Source of the DNA: Epiperipatus broadwayi
Lineage: Eukaryota; Animalia; Onychophora
Length of the DNA stretch: 64,000 nt
NCBI GenBank assembly: GCA_028023455.1
Contig: JAQFVV010000006.1
Location: forward strand, 5,022,001 to 5,086,000
Direction of reading: 5' to 3'
The stretch's first letter is position 1, and each line of letters starts with the position of its first letter. Shown here one piece after another: positions 50,581-64,000 of this stretch. Made by a program: the position numbers and the translations under genes. The notes below the pieces were generated by a model, which worked only from the letters and a program-made list of their open reading frames with translations, was not told the DNA's origin and ran no database searches.

Positions 50581-53500
50581 TATATAAATATTTTAAATAA
50601 GGTTTGAATTTTTCTACAATACATTTAATAACTAATATTGAAACAGTAAGATTTGCTTTTCAGATCTTCGTTTCAGCTTTTCTCACATTTTTCCTGCTCT
50701 CATACCTTAGTTTAAATCCCAATGTATCGTAGTGTGTCTGTAATGTGCTTATATGCCGAAAATCCCATCTAATTTTAAACCACGAATAAAACGCTCATGT
50801 TATATATATATTTAATTCTAATTCCCAGTAGAAATAACTAATATAAATTTATGTGTATGTACACGTAAAAATATTTGTTTAAAAAGTAGGTTATATAGGT
50901 CGTATTTACGCACATACTGCGATATATTCATTTTAAAAACTTAAGTTAAAATAATATATTGTTATTTAAAATTATTTCTGTTTAAATCTATTCACAAAAA
51001 AAGATATTACATTCGTAATATTTGTTTTAATTTAAAAGAAAATTATATTCATCTCATAAGTAGATTTAAACATTGAAAATTAAAAGAAGTAAATAAGTTG
51101 TTATTTTAGATTTTAAAATCACGCCATCAATTTTATGTAAAAAGTAAACGAGGGTTGGTAAGAAAACAATAGTTTTAATTAATATATTCTAAGGGCTTAT
51201 CAAGAAATACAGCTGATGTCCACTTAAGGTATTTTTAATTAGCGAAGGTTTTTCTTAAATGAAATTAAAGTTTTAATCTGAATAAGTACAAGGTAATTAA
51301 CAATAGCAAAATTAATTATAACATTTATTAAATTCCTTTGGATATTCGGATAAGTTTAATTACAAAATTCATTAGATAGCAAATCTTTTTTGGGGGTATG
51401 TTTGTTACGCTGCAGGGCAGTATTATTTTACAGCTCTCAGATATGTGAGGCTGGTTTTATTTTAACAAGTAGTGGGCATTTAGTCATAAAATTATATATA
51501 TATATATATTTAGTGGGCAATTAGTCTTCAAGAAATTTGTTATTAAAGTCAGAAATTAGTCTTCAAGTAAATTTTAAAGTTTTCAATTATATTTGTGAGT
51601 AAAAAAAAAGCTATTTTATAAAAGTTAAATTTACTGAGAGTTAGAATTTATTCCCTACAAGAAGCTAAAGCCAGGTGTATTCGGAGAACTGCACATCCCA
51701 GCCTTTAATGAGAAATTTAAAATGTCAGAGTAGAGCCAGCAAGAAGGCTATTTTCCTTTCGGAAATGGCCGTCTGCTGCACATCATGCCAACTGATGCCT
51801 TCACTTAAAAAGCCCTGAAAACTGCCACCGCTGCTGAAGATGTGAACTTTGAACCAAAAGTTCCTGCCAAATTCTTATAAATGCTGTTGCTGACAAACTA
51901 GAAAATTCTCCATATGAAAATGCATTCAAATGCCCTACTTTTGATAAGGTAACCTAATTAATCCAAGAGCTCTTGTGAAATTATATTTCTTCTTATAAGC
52001 TATAGCTAATTTAATTTGTTTTCTATCTTAAAATGTTTTTTTTTGTAAAATTTCTGTAACTTAATTAGTGCACTCTGTCTTTATACTTGGGTTAATATTT
52101 TGTGTTAATTAATGTTTTCCTTTATTACGATGGTGTGCCAGTATAGCCATCGATCGAGTGAATTACTTTTTTTCTTTTTGTTAAATTAATATGCCACCGA
52201 TTAGCACATTTTAATTACAAATTGGTCCTATTTTAATATCTCATTAAATCACTCATTTCAGAGCTATCAGACTATCTTTTAATCATTAAATAATTTTGCA
52301 TTAAAGAATCCATATATCTATTGGTTTTAACATAATGCGAGAATTCATGCAAGGTTAATGAGTGAATAGTATACAAATGCGTGATTGCATATTAATTCCT
52401 GTATTCTTACAAAACCCCATAATTATGCATTTTCCCATTTAAAATATGTTTTATTGTTTTTTTTGCTTAATTTTCAAAACTTATAATATTGAGGTCAATA
52501 ATGTGCAGACTTTCTTAAAATAAATATTTGGGAATTGATTAGGCACCTTATTAAACTAAAATGTGGCCCTTTAAAATATTTTATGTACTTTGTTCGAGTG
52601 TTGTTGATAGGTGTATCAGATGTTTGAGATCACTTTGTTCCTTCAAGGGCTTTAAACGGCTAAGACCGTTTTCCCCTTTTTTTTTCTGCGGTTCCCAGTT
52701 AGAGTGTGTACTAGAATTGTCACACCCGGGAATCCTCTGCAGTTGTCACACAGTCACTAAGTGCTTGGATAAGTTCAGACTTGGGCTGCCATGTGATACA
52801 ACTTCCAATGGATTTATGGCAAGATGCCATCCTGGATATCATTTTTCTTATTAATTGGTTAGTTATTTTATTTTGCAAAGCTCCGTGGTTTCAACATACC
52901 ACACCCTCCATCCTTTACATTAAATCCTCACTAATACTACTAATCTCTTAATGTGAGTTTAGTTATTTCTATTGATTTGCGTGTCTTAAGCACATCCTTT
53001 ATCTTATAGCTTAACAAGTATCAGTCCATTCTATTCTCGAATTCAATAAATGTTTTATTGAAATCTTTACTATCTCAAATCTTTTAATTTAATAATTTAT
53101 TATATTTACTCAAAGCACCTTGCATATCTTCACAAACTCTCTTTATTAATTTTACTTAGGCACATTATCATAATGTTATTGCATTAACCTGAGGTATAGA
53201 AAATTAATTAATAAGCCATTATGTAAATTTGACTGACATTTTGTTTCAACATACATTTTTAATTATTCAACATCGCTGTCATCTTATATACACAGATGAT
53301 GCACGTATATATTTGTTAAATCAATAAATCTTTTGAATTTTACTATTTATTTTGATTCTAATTATTTACTTTCTTGATCCACACCACTATCTCAGTCTAC
53401 ATCACTCTTATATATCTATTTTGTACCATCTATGGACATTAGTTAGCAAATCTAAGCTTATATTGTAGTATAGAGTCTCTTGTTTCTTCCTGACCACCAG

Positions 53501-56499
53501 CACAGGTAAAAAGGTTATATTATTAGTAGCATCAGATGCATTATCACATAGGTGGTACTGTGAAGCTAAAACTTTGGATTCAAACTTAGGATTTCTGGGA
53601 AGCAGTCTTTCCTATGTTGAGTTCAGTTTCTGAGTTTAAATTCTGCAGTGTGTTATTGAGATAGATGAATCTTACCATTGCAATATTAGATAACTAAAAA
53701 CAGTCTAACTTATAATTGCAAGTAAATTATGATCATCACAAACTTGTAAGGATACTATAGATGATTTCATATTTTTTTATCTTTATATGCAATACAGTTT
53801 CATTCCTTGGTTTAATTTCATATGTAATCAGTTAATGTGGTGTCAAAGTTATTAAAATGATTATTAATTTTTAGTTTAACTCAATTCCCAGAAGTAAGAC
53901 CAGACTCTCTCACTATAGATGTATTTTGAAATAATATTATAATTTAACTTTATATTTATATATATATATTGGAACAGATATACTGTTTCATGTATATATT
54001 TAAAAATCTCCCCCTCCCCCCATTTAAAAGACTAATAATATTTTAAGTGAGATATAATATTTTTTTTTAAAAAAAAGACTAATAACATTTTAAGGAAAAC
54101 TAAATAATTTAAAGAAAAAGAAGAAGTAATGATGATTTGTTAATTCATAATGATTTGGTCAAATGAAAAGAAGAAATCAAACTTTTCAAAATGAAAAAAA
54201 AAAGAAAAAAGAAAATACATTTATATTTGCAATTAAAGAAAATATGAATCTTTCTTTATTATCAGTTAAATAAAAAAAATCTTCAAACATTAAAACTCTG
54301 ATGAAAAAAACTTCTAAGACAGAATAACTGTAGGGGTCAAATCACCATGCTGCAGGCAATAAAAAAATCAAGATTTAAAAACACATGAAGGCAGCTAATC
54401 GAAAATAGCCTAATTAAAAGTCTGTTCCCACCAAAGAGAACCTGTCCAATGATCTGGGGGATTAAAAACATGCAGACAAGGATGAAAAAGCTGCTATCAA
54501 TGGAAGAAAAAGGAACATGTAAGCTGAATCTGTTCTGATAGAGAGAAAAAATATAAGTAGTCTGGAAAACCAGTAGAAGTTATTATTAGATAACAATCAG
54601 TAACCACCTAATCATTCACAGTAAAGATAGTAATAAATATTTTTCCCCTGTGTTCAAGGCAACCTTCTCCCCTTTTTGTAGAAAGAGGGGATCCCCTCTT
54701 TCATAATTTTTTTGATTATTTTTGGGGGGTTAAGGAGTGAATATTTTGATAAAAGAGAGTAAAATTTAGACAAAAAGAAGTTTAAAAAAACCTCTTTCAT
54801 TATAATAGTTAATTGATTCAGAGATACAAGATTTAGCTACAAGACTACTAAAAGAGTGACTTAATGGAACCCTCCAAATAGCCTAGTGAAAAATCATCAT
54901 AATATGATCTTTGGCTAGAGACCATTTGTCCTCTCTCAATCTGCAAAACATGTGAACTCCAAGCCCTACTTAGAAGGTTTAATGTGTTATTCAAGACAGA
55001 CCCCCCCCCCAGTTATTTAGTAATGCAGTAATAAACAAAGACATGAAATTTAGAGGTAAGCAATTAAAAACGATTCAATTACAATAAAATATGAATTAAA
55101 ATTATAGCTATTAATTTTTATAAAACAAAAGAGAGAAAATGTTATAGTATTAGTCTTAAGAAAATTTTCACAATCAATTATTAACTTCAGTCAAAAGTTA
55201 ATGATAGTTTTTTCTTATCTTTATTTAAAAATAAAAACAAGAAATGAAAATCGTTATTATTTAATTAAAAACACTCACACACATATATGTGTTATATATT
55301 TCATTAGTTAAACACCAATTATTTCATAAAATTTAAGATATGTTCAAATAATAGAAATACTTCTAATAATAATTGTAATAATTATTTCAGCAATAAACCA
55401 GCTAAATGGAAATGTCAATCAAAGATATGGTAAAAATAATAAAATATATGTGTATTATTATACATCTTTTTTGGGGGTGGGTTTATATTCGCCCCCGATT
55501 TGGATTGTTGTTTTCTCTCCCCCCTTATTTTTAAATAATAAAATGTTTAACATTTGTTTTTTTTTAAAATAATAAAATGTATGTGTATAAATATACATCT
55601 ATACTGGATTGGATTATAAATGCTCCACAAATATGCAATTACTGATATTACCTGCACATCTTCTCAAAATGTTTCTACTGACCCAGAATAAATGATTACA
55701 AATATTGATGTATTAATATAATATGTATACCTACCTGAAATGCTTTCACACACCTGGAATAACAAGTGTAATACTGATATTATTTGTTCATCTACTTTAA
55801 ATGCTTCTATAGATTTGAAATCAATAGTCAAAAACATTTATTTATAAATTGTATATGTGTACCTGCTTAAAATGCTTCTACAGACCTGGAATAAATGGTT
55901 AAAAACATTTGCTTATTAATTGCATAGGTAATCTATCTATCTGAAATGTATTTTTAGACTTCTTCTCATCATGTAAACTAAAAAATGGGTTTTTGCTTGG
56001 ATAACCTACCTGAAATATTTCTAGACTTCTTCTCATTATATGAACTATATTAGAAGGACTTGCCAATGAATTATTGTTAATAAAATTGTTGTTATTAAAA
56101 ATTAATCTAATTGTTTAGTTCCATTTTTGCATCACTAGTTATTCATTGCATCTTGCTCACAAGAATCTCATGCCTCCTGAGCTATGTTCGGCATAACCAG
56201 ACAATGGTAAGTAAGGTTGTAGTGAGATGGAACTCTAGTGGCACCATTTGGGAAACCAAACACATAAATTTCTAGATGCTTCCAGTCTCTATGGTGCTAC
56301 ATCCTCTGATGAGCAGGAAATATTGTTGTAGGTGAGGTGATGTCTGCATGGGGGAATGCCAATTGATAGTTCCTTTCTGCAATATGCTCATCAGGAAATT
56401 AAAACCAATGAAGAGTGGGGGTTGGTTCTTGTCCAGTTACAATATATATGTTTTTAAGACATATTTTTTATTTCTATGCATATTCCTGAACGTATAAAC

Positions 56500-56640
56500 A
56501 AATATGTGAAACAGATAAATAATCCCCAAGATATGCATTTCATGCTGAAACAATACTCATCAGTAGGCCCAAATCACTATCTCTTATACATATCTTCATA
56601 ATTTGTTTAGTTTAATATAGATAGCAAATTACTATAGTTT
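56500..56640 (-). mobile_element. Family B/C-type fragment; HHR 56526-56567
   Basis: CCTA-CTGATGA-GTATTGTTTCAGCAT-GAAA-TGCATA-TC-TTGG. Confidence 0.7.
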
Positions 56641-57304
56641 GATTACAAATGTTACATTTTATGCACTCACAACTTTAGCACAAACTATTTTATGTGATTC
56701 TATTAAAAATTATTATTAATCATTTATTATATTAGACATTCTTCTTAGCTTAAATGTATACATTAAATCTTATTTAATGAATACTATGTCTGTAGTGTTA
56801 TAGAGGTATTAACGCCTGAGTTTTCTCACTCACCATGTTGATAGTTTTCATAAATTTCAATATAATATTCTTATGCAATGTAGATACTGTTTTCCATCCT
56901 CTTCTAACATCATGCAGAAGGGTTACAATTGTAATACAATATATAGTTTTAAATCTTTTGTTTTTCTCAGACACTCAATCCTAAACAACTATCTATCTTA
57001 ATCCATAAATCAGACCAATCTCTTTTATTATAGATGCATTTTGAAACATCAACTTCACTATATATAGGGGGGGGGGGGGGGGGGGTATAATCAGCAGTCA
57101 CAATGTTAATTGATCTAAATTTCAATATATAACATCATCTTCAGCAATAGACCCAAGAGGGTACTATTTTGGGTTTAGCTCTTGAAGTTTAGAATTTATA
57201 TTTGTTCACAGAGGGCACTTTAGAAATATCTTAACATTATGATTAGTGATTTGAATTTTTTACCTATTTCAGTTTGTGATACACAATATGATATATTCAT
57301 ACAT

Positions 57305-57740
57305 ATAAGGGACTTGAACTCAGATTTTCAAACTGTCCACAGTATCCAATCCATCTTATACAACTGATACATATGACAGTATACATGTGAGAAAAATAAA
57401 TGATCTCCAATATACATAGTTCATGATGAACGAGCCCTCATCAGTTGGTCAAGATAAGCATCTCCAACACATATACAATCACTGCTCAGTTTACTTTAAG
57501 ATAGCAAATCTTCAAACTTTTATGGTAGATTCAATCTTCCTCATTCTCCAACTCTTCAGTCATCCATATCATTGAAAACCTAAAGATGAAATGCTCAAAG
57601 CCCTTGATAATGCTAATATTATTGTCATACTCATGTTAAGTCAATCTAGCCCCTCCCCCACACACACACACACACCCACATGGGACCTTAATATGTCCAT
57701 TTATTTATACAGAAGAGGAGTAGGCAGAATATAGGCTGAA
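57305..57740 (-). mobile_element. Family B monomer; HHR 57407-57448 (eroded)
   Basis: CCAA-CTGATGA-GGGCTCGTTCATCAT-GAAC-TATGTA-TA-TTGG. Confidence 0.85.
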
Positions 57741-57794
57741 TATGTAAAATTTAAATATTAAGCTTAGTATAGAAAATATACATGTAAAAATACT

Positions 57795-59076
<1,282 letters not shown>

Positions 59077-59924
59077 GGAGATTGAACTCTGATACAGTAA
59101 TAATTTTTCCTACTATATCTTTATGTCAGTTGTAAAAGTATGTTTAATATATTAAATAGTATATAAGAGATGTTTGAACAATTATGAAGACGAATCAGAA
59201 AATATTCTACATAATAGAAGACCTAAGCATAGATTTGACATTTTGAAGATAGACGAGTGTCAAAATATTTTAATTTACCAGATCTATTACAGAATTATTT
59301 TTCTCTCACAAAAGAGGAGCGAAAACAAAAGAAAAGTTTCTTTAAATTCAAGATCTTATACTCACTTGGAATGAACTTAAATATAAGTACTATCACATTT
59401 TTAAATTATCTAGTTTTTAAGGCACTATTTTATTATCTTTCTATATTTAGATTAATATATATGAAAGTGACTATGGATATGTACGTTCCACTTTAAAATT
59501 AACGTTTAATTATTGTTAATATGTATTTATTTTAGTTTGTACTATCTATAATATTTAATATATATATATTGTGTACACTTTTACATTGCGTTTAAAGATC
59601 TTTTGTATAGTTTGATTAGAAAATACAGTAATTCATTTTTTTAAATGCACACTAAAATAAATTTGCCATTGAATGCTTAAATTTCCTAGATAAATTTTAA
59701 TAAGAGAAGAGCAGTTCCACTCTCTTCTTTACTTGTCTTAATATATATCCAAGCCAGCCCAAAGTACTTATATTTGACAAGTAAAGAAGAGAGTGTAACC
59801 GCTCTTTTCTTATTAAAATTCTCTGTCCCAGTGCTTAAGATTTGATTGGCAAGGGCTTGAGAGATTTGCACTCTCTCATTTATTTCAATATCGATTGCGC
59901 TTTATAAAAATAATATTATTTAGA

Positions 59925-60185
59925 GGGTTATCTTAAAATTCAATATTCAAGAATGTTAGGATCCATGTTTTATTCCCATGCTAGTACTGTCATTGGTCAG
60001 GCAGCAACTCCTGAAGAAGAGGGGACAATAATATCTCTCGAAACATTGGGCATATACTAAACTGTGTGCAATTACTTACAGTTTAATTAATGCATTTGGA
60101 ATATGTAATTAAAGTTAAATTATTCTAAAGACATTCAATACTTATATTAGATGATGGAATTAGTCCCACATATAAATATAGTATA
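59925..60185 (+). mobile_element. Family D copy; HHR-like motif 60007-60051
   Basis: TTAGAGGGTTATCTTAAAATTCAATATTCAAGAAT..ACTC-CTGAAGA-A-GAGGGGACAATAATATCTCTC-GAAAC-ATT-GGG..CTAAAGACATTCAA. Confidence 0.8.
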
Positions 60186-61334
60186 TATACATGGTTAATA
60201 ATTTTTGATGACCAAATCATGGCCTCATACGAATTATAATTTAATAAGTTAATCAGAAGTAATGACTATCTTTACTGGTCATCCAAATTCCAAGTATTAA
60301 AAATATAAGTTCCTGAAAAATAATATATTACTGATGCAATTTATATCAGCTTTTACATCTGAGACAGATTTTATTTTTTAGGCACCTGTATCACTGAATT
60401 GGTCCATTTACTCACTATCTCCGTCTCATTTCATTCGGCTCTTTTTTTATTATATAGATGTGGGAGTCTTTTCCTTAGCTAAATATCTGGAGACAATTAA
60501 ATGAATCAACTTTTATTCCTATATAAAAAGAGATTTAAAAAGTCTGATGATTTTTTTTAAAAAAACATTTAATAAAACAAATAACAAATTAATATACTTA
60601 TAATGTCTTCATTTTTACTCCACAATTCTCAAATACTAAGAACACATATATAACATATAATTCTTATAAAGAAGTTAGATTAGTAAAAATAATAAAATTC
60701 GTCAAGTTAGGTCGGTATCTTTTATAAAAAACAAGGATCAAATAAAGCACAAAAGGTTTTTATAATATATATTTCATACCATGGATTTTTCTCTTATTAT
60801 ACGATACCTTCATAAAATAACCATAGCCAAGGATTTAAGATTGCATCTGCACCATTATTTCATCCACAATTTATTTCAGAAATAGTTCAGCTATAAGGTT
60901 GTTTGAACATCTGGTATGACATAAGTGTGCTGGTTTGGCTCAAAGTGTCATTTCAGAAGTAGGGTTCAGAAAAATGCATTGAGCAATGTATATGGGATTT
61001 AGTCACACATCTGAGTCATTTCTCCGAGGTAGTTAGAAGCTCCCACATGGTAAATCATTTTGGTCTCAGGTATCATGGGAATGGAATTCTTATAAAGGGG
61101 CTTCACTTTGCATTGGTTTTACCTTTTCTATTGATATCTACCTACTTCCATTAAAAACACACACATTGTCCTAAAAGTCTGAAGATTGATTGTTATATAT
61201 CTCCTGCCCCCCCCTTATGCATCCATTTTATCACATCTATTCTTTATTTATTTCTGTGGGTATCCAATCCCATGCAACCATATGTTTTTTCTACAGTACA
61301 GGCTTTTGCATACCTGCACTCCAATATATAATAT

Positions 61335-61492
61335 ATAGTGAGTTTGAACTGACTTTTATATGACCCTCAACTATCCATGCTATCTCATACTGCTGACACA
61401 CTTGATCACACACATGTTGAGAAGATAAATAACCACTAATATATGTATTTCATGCTAAACCAGCAGTCATCAGTTGGTCCAGATTATCATCT

Positions 61493-61545
<53 letters not shown>

Positions 61546-61630
61546 CAATGCTTAGCTTATATTAAAATAGCCAATCTACATACTTTAATGGACAGGCTTC
61601 AAACTACTCCAACCCACAACTCTTCAACCT
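61335..61630 (-). mobile_element. Family B copy; HHR 61436-61477, core intact
   Basis: CCAA-CTGATGA-CTGCTGGTTTAGCAT-GAAA-TACATA-TA-TTAG. Confidence 0.85.
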
Positions 61631-61775
61631 TATTTTAATAAATATTTTCTTTTGATTTCATTTTTAAAATAAATTACAGCTATTAAACAGATATTTTTTA
61701 TCTATTTCAAATATAGTTTGTATCTCTGACTGCAAAATAACATACTCTTAACAGCTGAATAGAAATGTGTACTTT

Positions 61776-61861
<86 letters not shown>

Positions 61862-64000
61862 AATAAAAAACTTATTTGTATTGTAACCTTATATTTTAGT
61901 GAAAATATATACCTTGGTAGAACTAGTCAAAATTTCTCTATCTTCTTCCAGATATGGCTTGGTGATCATGGCTGGCATTTAATATGCTTGACCCTTGTGT
62001 TCAAATTTATTGAACAGTAAGGTTATAATTCCATTTTTTATTATTGTATTTTTTTTTTAATTTTCTTCTCTTTCTTTCATACATTAGTTTTACTCTGTTT
62101 CCAAACACTAAGTTAGATAAATTGTGTTTAACTTAAAAGTGAAAACCAATAGTATATTACACCAAGTATAGTAAGATAATTAAAAAGACAAATGATTATT
62201 ATTTGTTTTTCCCTTTAAATAATCTTAAAGATTATTTAGGTTTAATTGAAGGATATGATAAGATAAACACTTTTTTTTACTTTCTTTTCATTTTCATTTA
62301 TTTTAAATAGATATGAAAATGAGAAGAAATATAATTAGCTAAAAAAATTGAACTGCCAAAAAAGATTTTATTTATAATTTGGAGAGAACTGCTCTAATGA
62401 CAGTAAGTGTATAATAAAATAATTTTTTTTTCTTTCACTGTTAAACATATAATGCAAACAAAAACTTCTCTTAAAAAAAGAGAAAACATAAAGATAAGAA
62501 AGGAAGTTAAATTAAAACTTCATTTAAATAATTTAAGTTGCAGTATTATCAAGTGTGAATAGCAGAATGTATAGCTAAATCCTAACAAATCTGTTCAGGT
62601 CCACCAACTATGAGTCTAGCTGCTGATAGCCTTTCACAAGTTCTACAACTGAATTGCACAGGAATTATTGTTAACAGCATCAACAAGAATAGCAGCTCTA
62701 AAAGGTATCTATTTGTGATTTCTTATTGTTTGCAGACTATGCTTAGCCTTGAATAAAGTTTTACCTTCATAACTTTAAGACCCATGGTAGTGTTGTGAAA
62801 GTGCAAAACAAAGTACTGTATTTAACTTTGGATAAATTTTACTTTCATGAACTTTAACACATATGGGTGTGCTATGGATGTGCAGAATGTAATATTGTTT
62901 TAATTCTTTTGTGTGCTATTGTCTTGAGGACAAACAATTAATTATAGTTTACCTTTGAATTTGTTATCTTCTTAAAATTACAAGTGTGTACAAAGCAATA
63001 ACAACTGACCAGGAAACTATTTTAGCTGTTATTGCATTCATGTGATAATTATTTGCCTGAACATTCATGCTTTGGCCTCAACATTCATAAATTAAAGGTA
63101 GTAAAATACTTCAATTTCAGAATGACCATTAAAACAAAGCCATGCAATTCCATTAACTTTTGAGGATAATTTGATTAAAATACATATTCCCTACCTCTCA
63201 AATATCCCTGATTCTCAAAGAACCTATGTGAAAATCAATTAATTTATGAATAGTTCTTCTAAATGGAGATGAAAAAAGCATATAATCAACTTTTGAGATT
63301 CTATGTTGTTATAAAAACATATAAATTATATTTGTCATTTAATTTAAAAAATGTGCTATTAACATGTATTTGAACCTAGTGTAATAATTTAATGAACATG
63401 CATTTTATGTTTTATTGTATTTTATATTATCTTATAAATATGTAAAGTTCACCGTATATATATATATATATATTATAACGGAAATGGTTATTCGTACGGT
63501 TGATTAATTATTTGTACCTTCAACTATATTTATTTCGATTATTTTATTCTATATTATACTTATTTATTATATCCATTTATTCTTTTCATAACTTTTATTT
63601 CTATCCATTTATTGTTTACAACTTAGATTCTTTATTATCTTATTTATTATTTTAACCAACGCCGTTACAATACAAGCAGAGAGCTAATACAGATACAAAC
63701 TTAATTTCATATCTATACCCTTGATCGAACCCCAAGGCAATACGTACATATTATCTTGGCGTTATTTTTCCTGACCAAGATACCCTCGGCTGCTGAACAA
63801 CGCAAACTATTTCAAAGAAACTTAACGAATGTCCAGCGCTTGCTATTTATTTTTTAGAATTGGGATTTCACATGAACAAGCAGCACATGAATATCTTAAA
63901 CAAATCAGTATGCCCCTTTAATCACTACTTACAGTTCCCCCCCCCTGTCGTAGCTTGGTGATAGGAGAATAAAGCAAGGATATGAAATTTAATGACAAAT

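Noticed and set aside
52561-52854. GC-richer patch with open frames on both strands
   Set aside because: No splice signals or motifs recognised; probably a decayed TE fragment
62599-62704. Plus-strand AG...GT segment (GPPTMSLAADSLSQVLQ...)
   Set aside because: Short, two competing frames, no partner exons identified

Overview
AT-rich, animal-type genomic DNA that is mostly non-coding. It contains one well-supported coding exon of unknown function (minus strand, 2376-2720). Recognisable retroelements are a near-complete but CpG-decayed Mag-type Ty3/gypsy element (30770-35262), a decayed L1/Tx1-like LINE ORF2, RTE and CR1/L2-like 3' fragments and a gypsy integrase remnant. There are also tRNA-Gly-derived SINEs, MITE-like foldbacks and long (ATAG)n arrays. 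The main signal is about 20 motifs fitting the minimal type I hammerhead ribozyme (HHR) pattern [stem I]-CUGANGA-[stem II]-GAAA-[palindromic stem III]-UH-[stem I], many of them mutated. They sit in five distinguishable non-coding repeat families (called A-E here; C is related to B), plus one weaker singleton. Monomers measured for A, B, C and E are ~335-453 bp. Copies occur as partial tandem arrays, most carry an inverted segment, they share fixed 3' ends within a family, and several junctions fall on the ribozyme. This fits retrozyme-like, non-autonomous elements mobilised in trans by Penelope-like machinery (inference; no such RT was found here). Family D additionally has a tRNA-like head. 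All alignments and folds were done by eye and repeat boundaries are approximate (about +/-10-30 bp). No database search was run, so gene names, novelty and ribozyme activity are untested.
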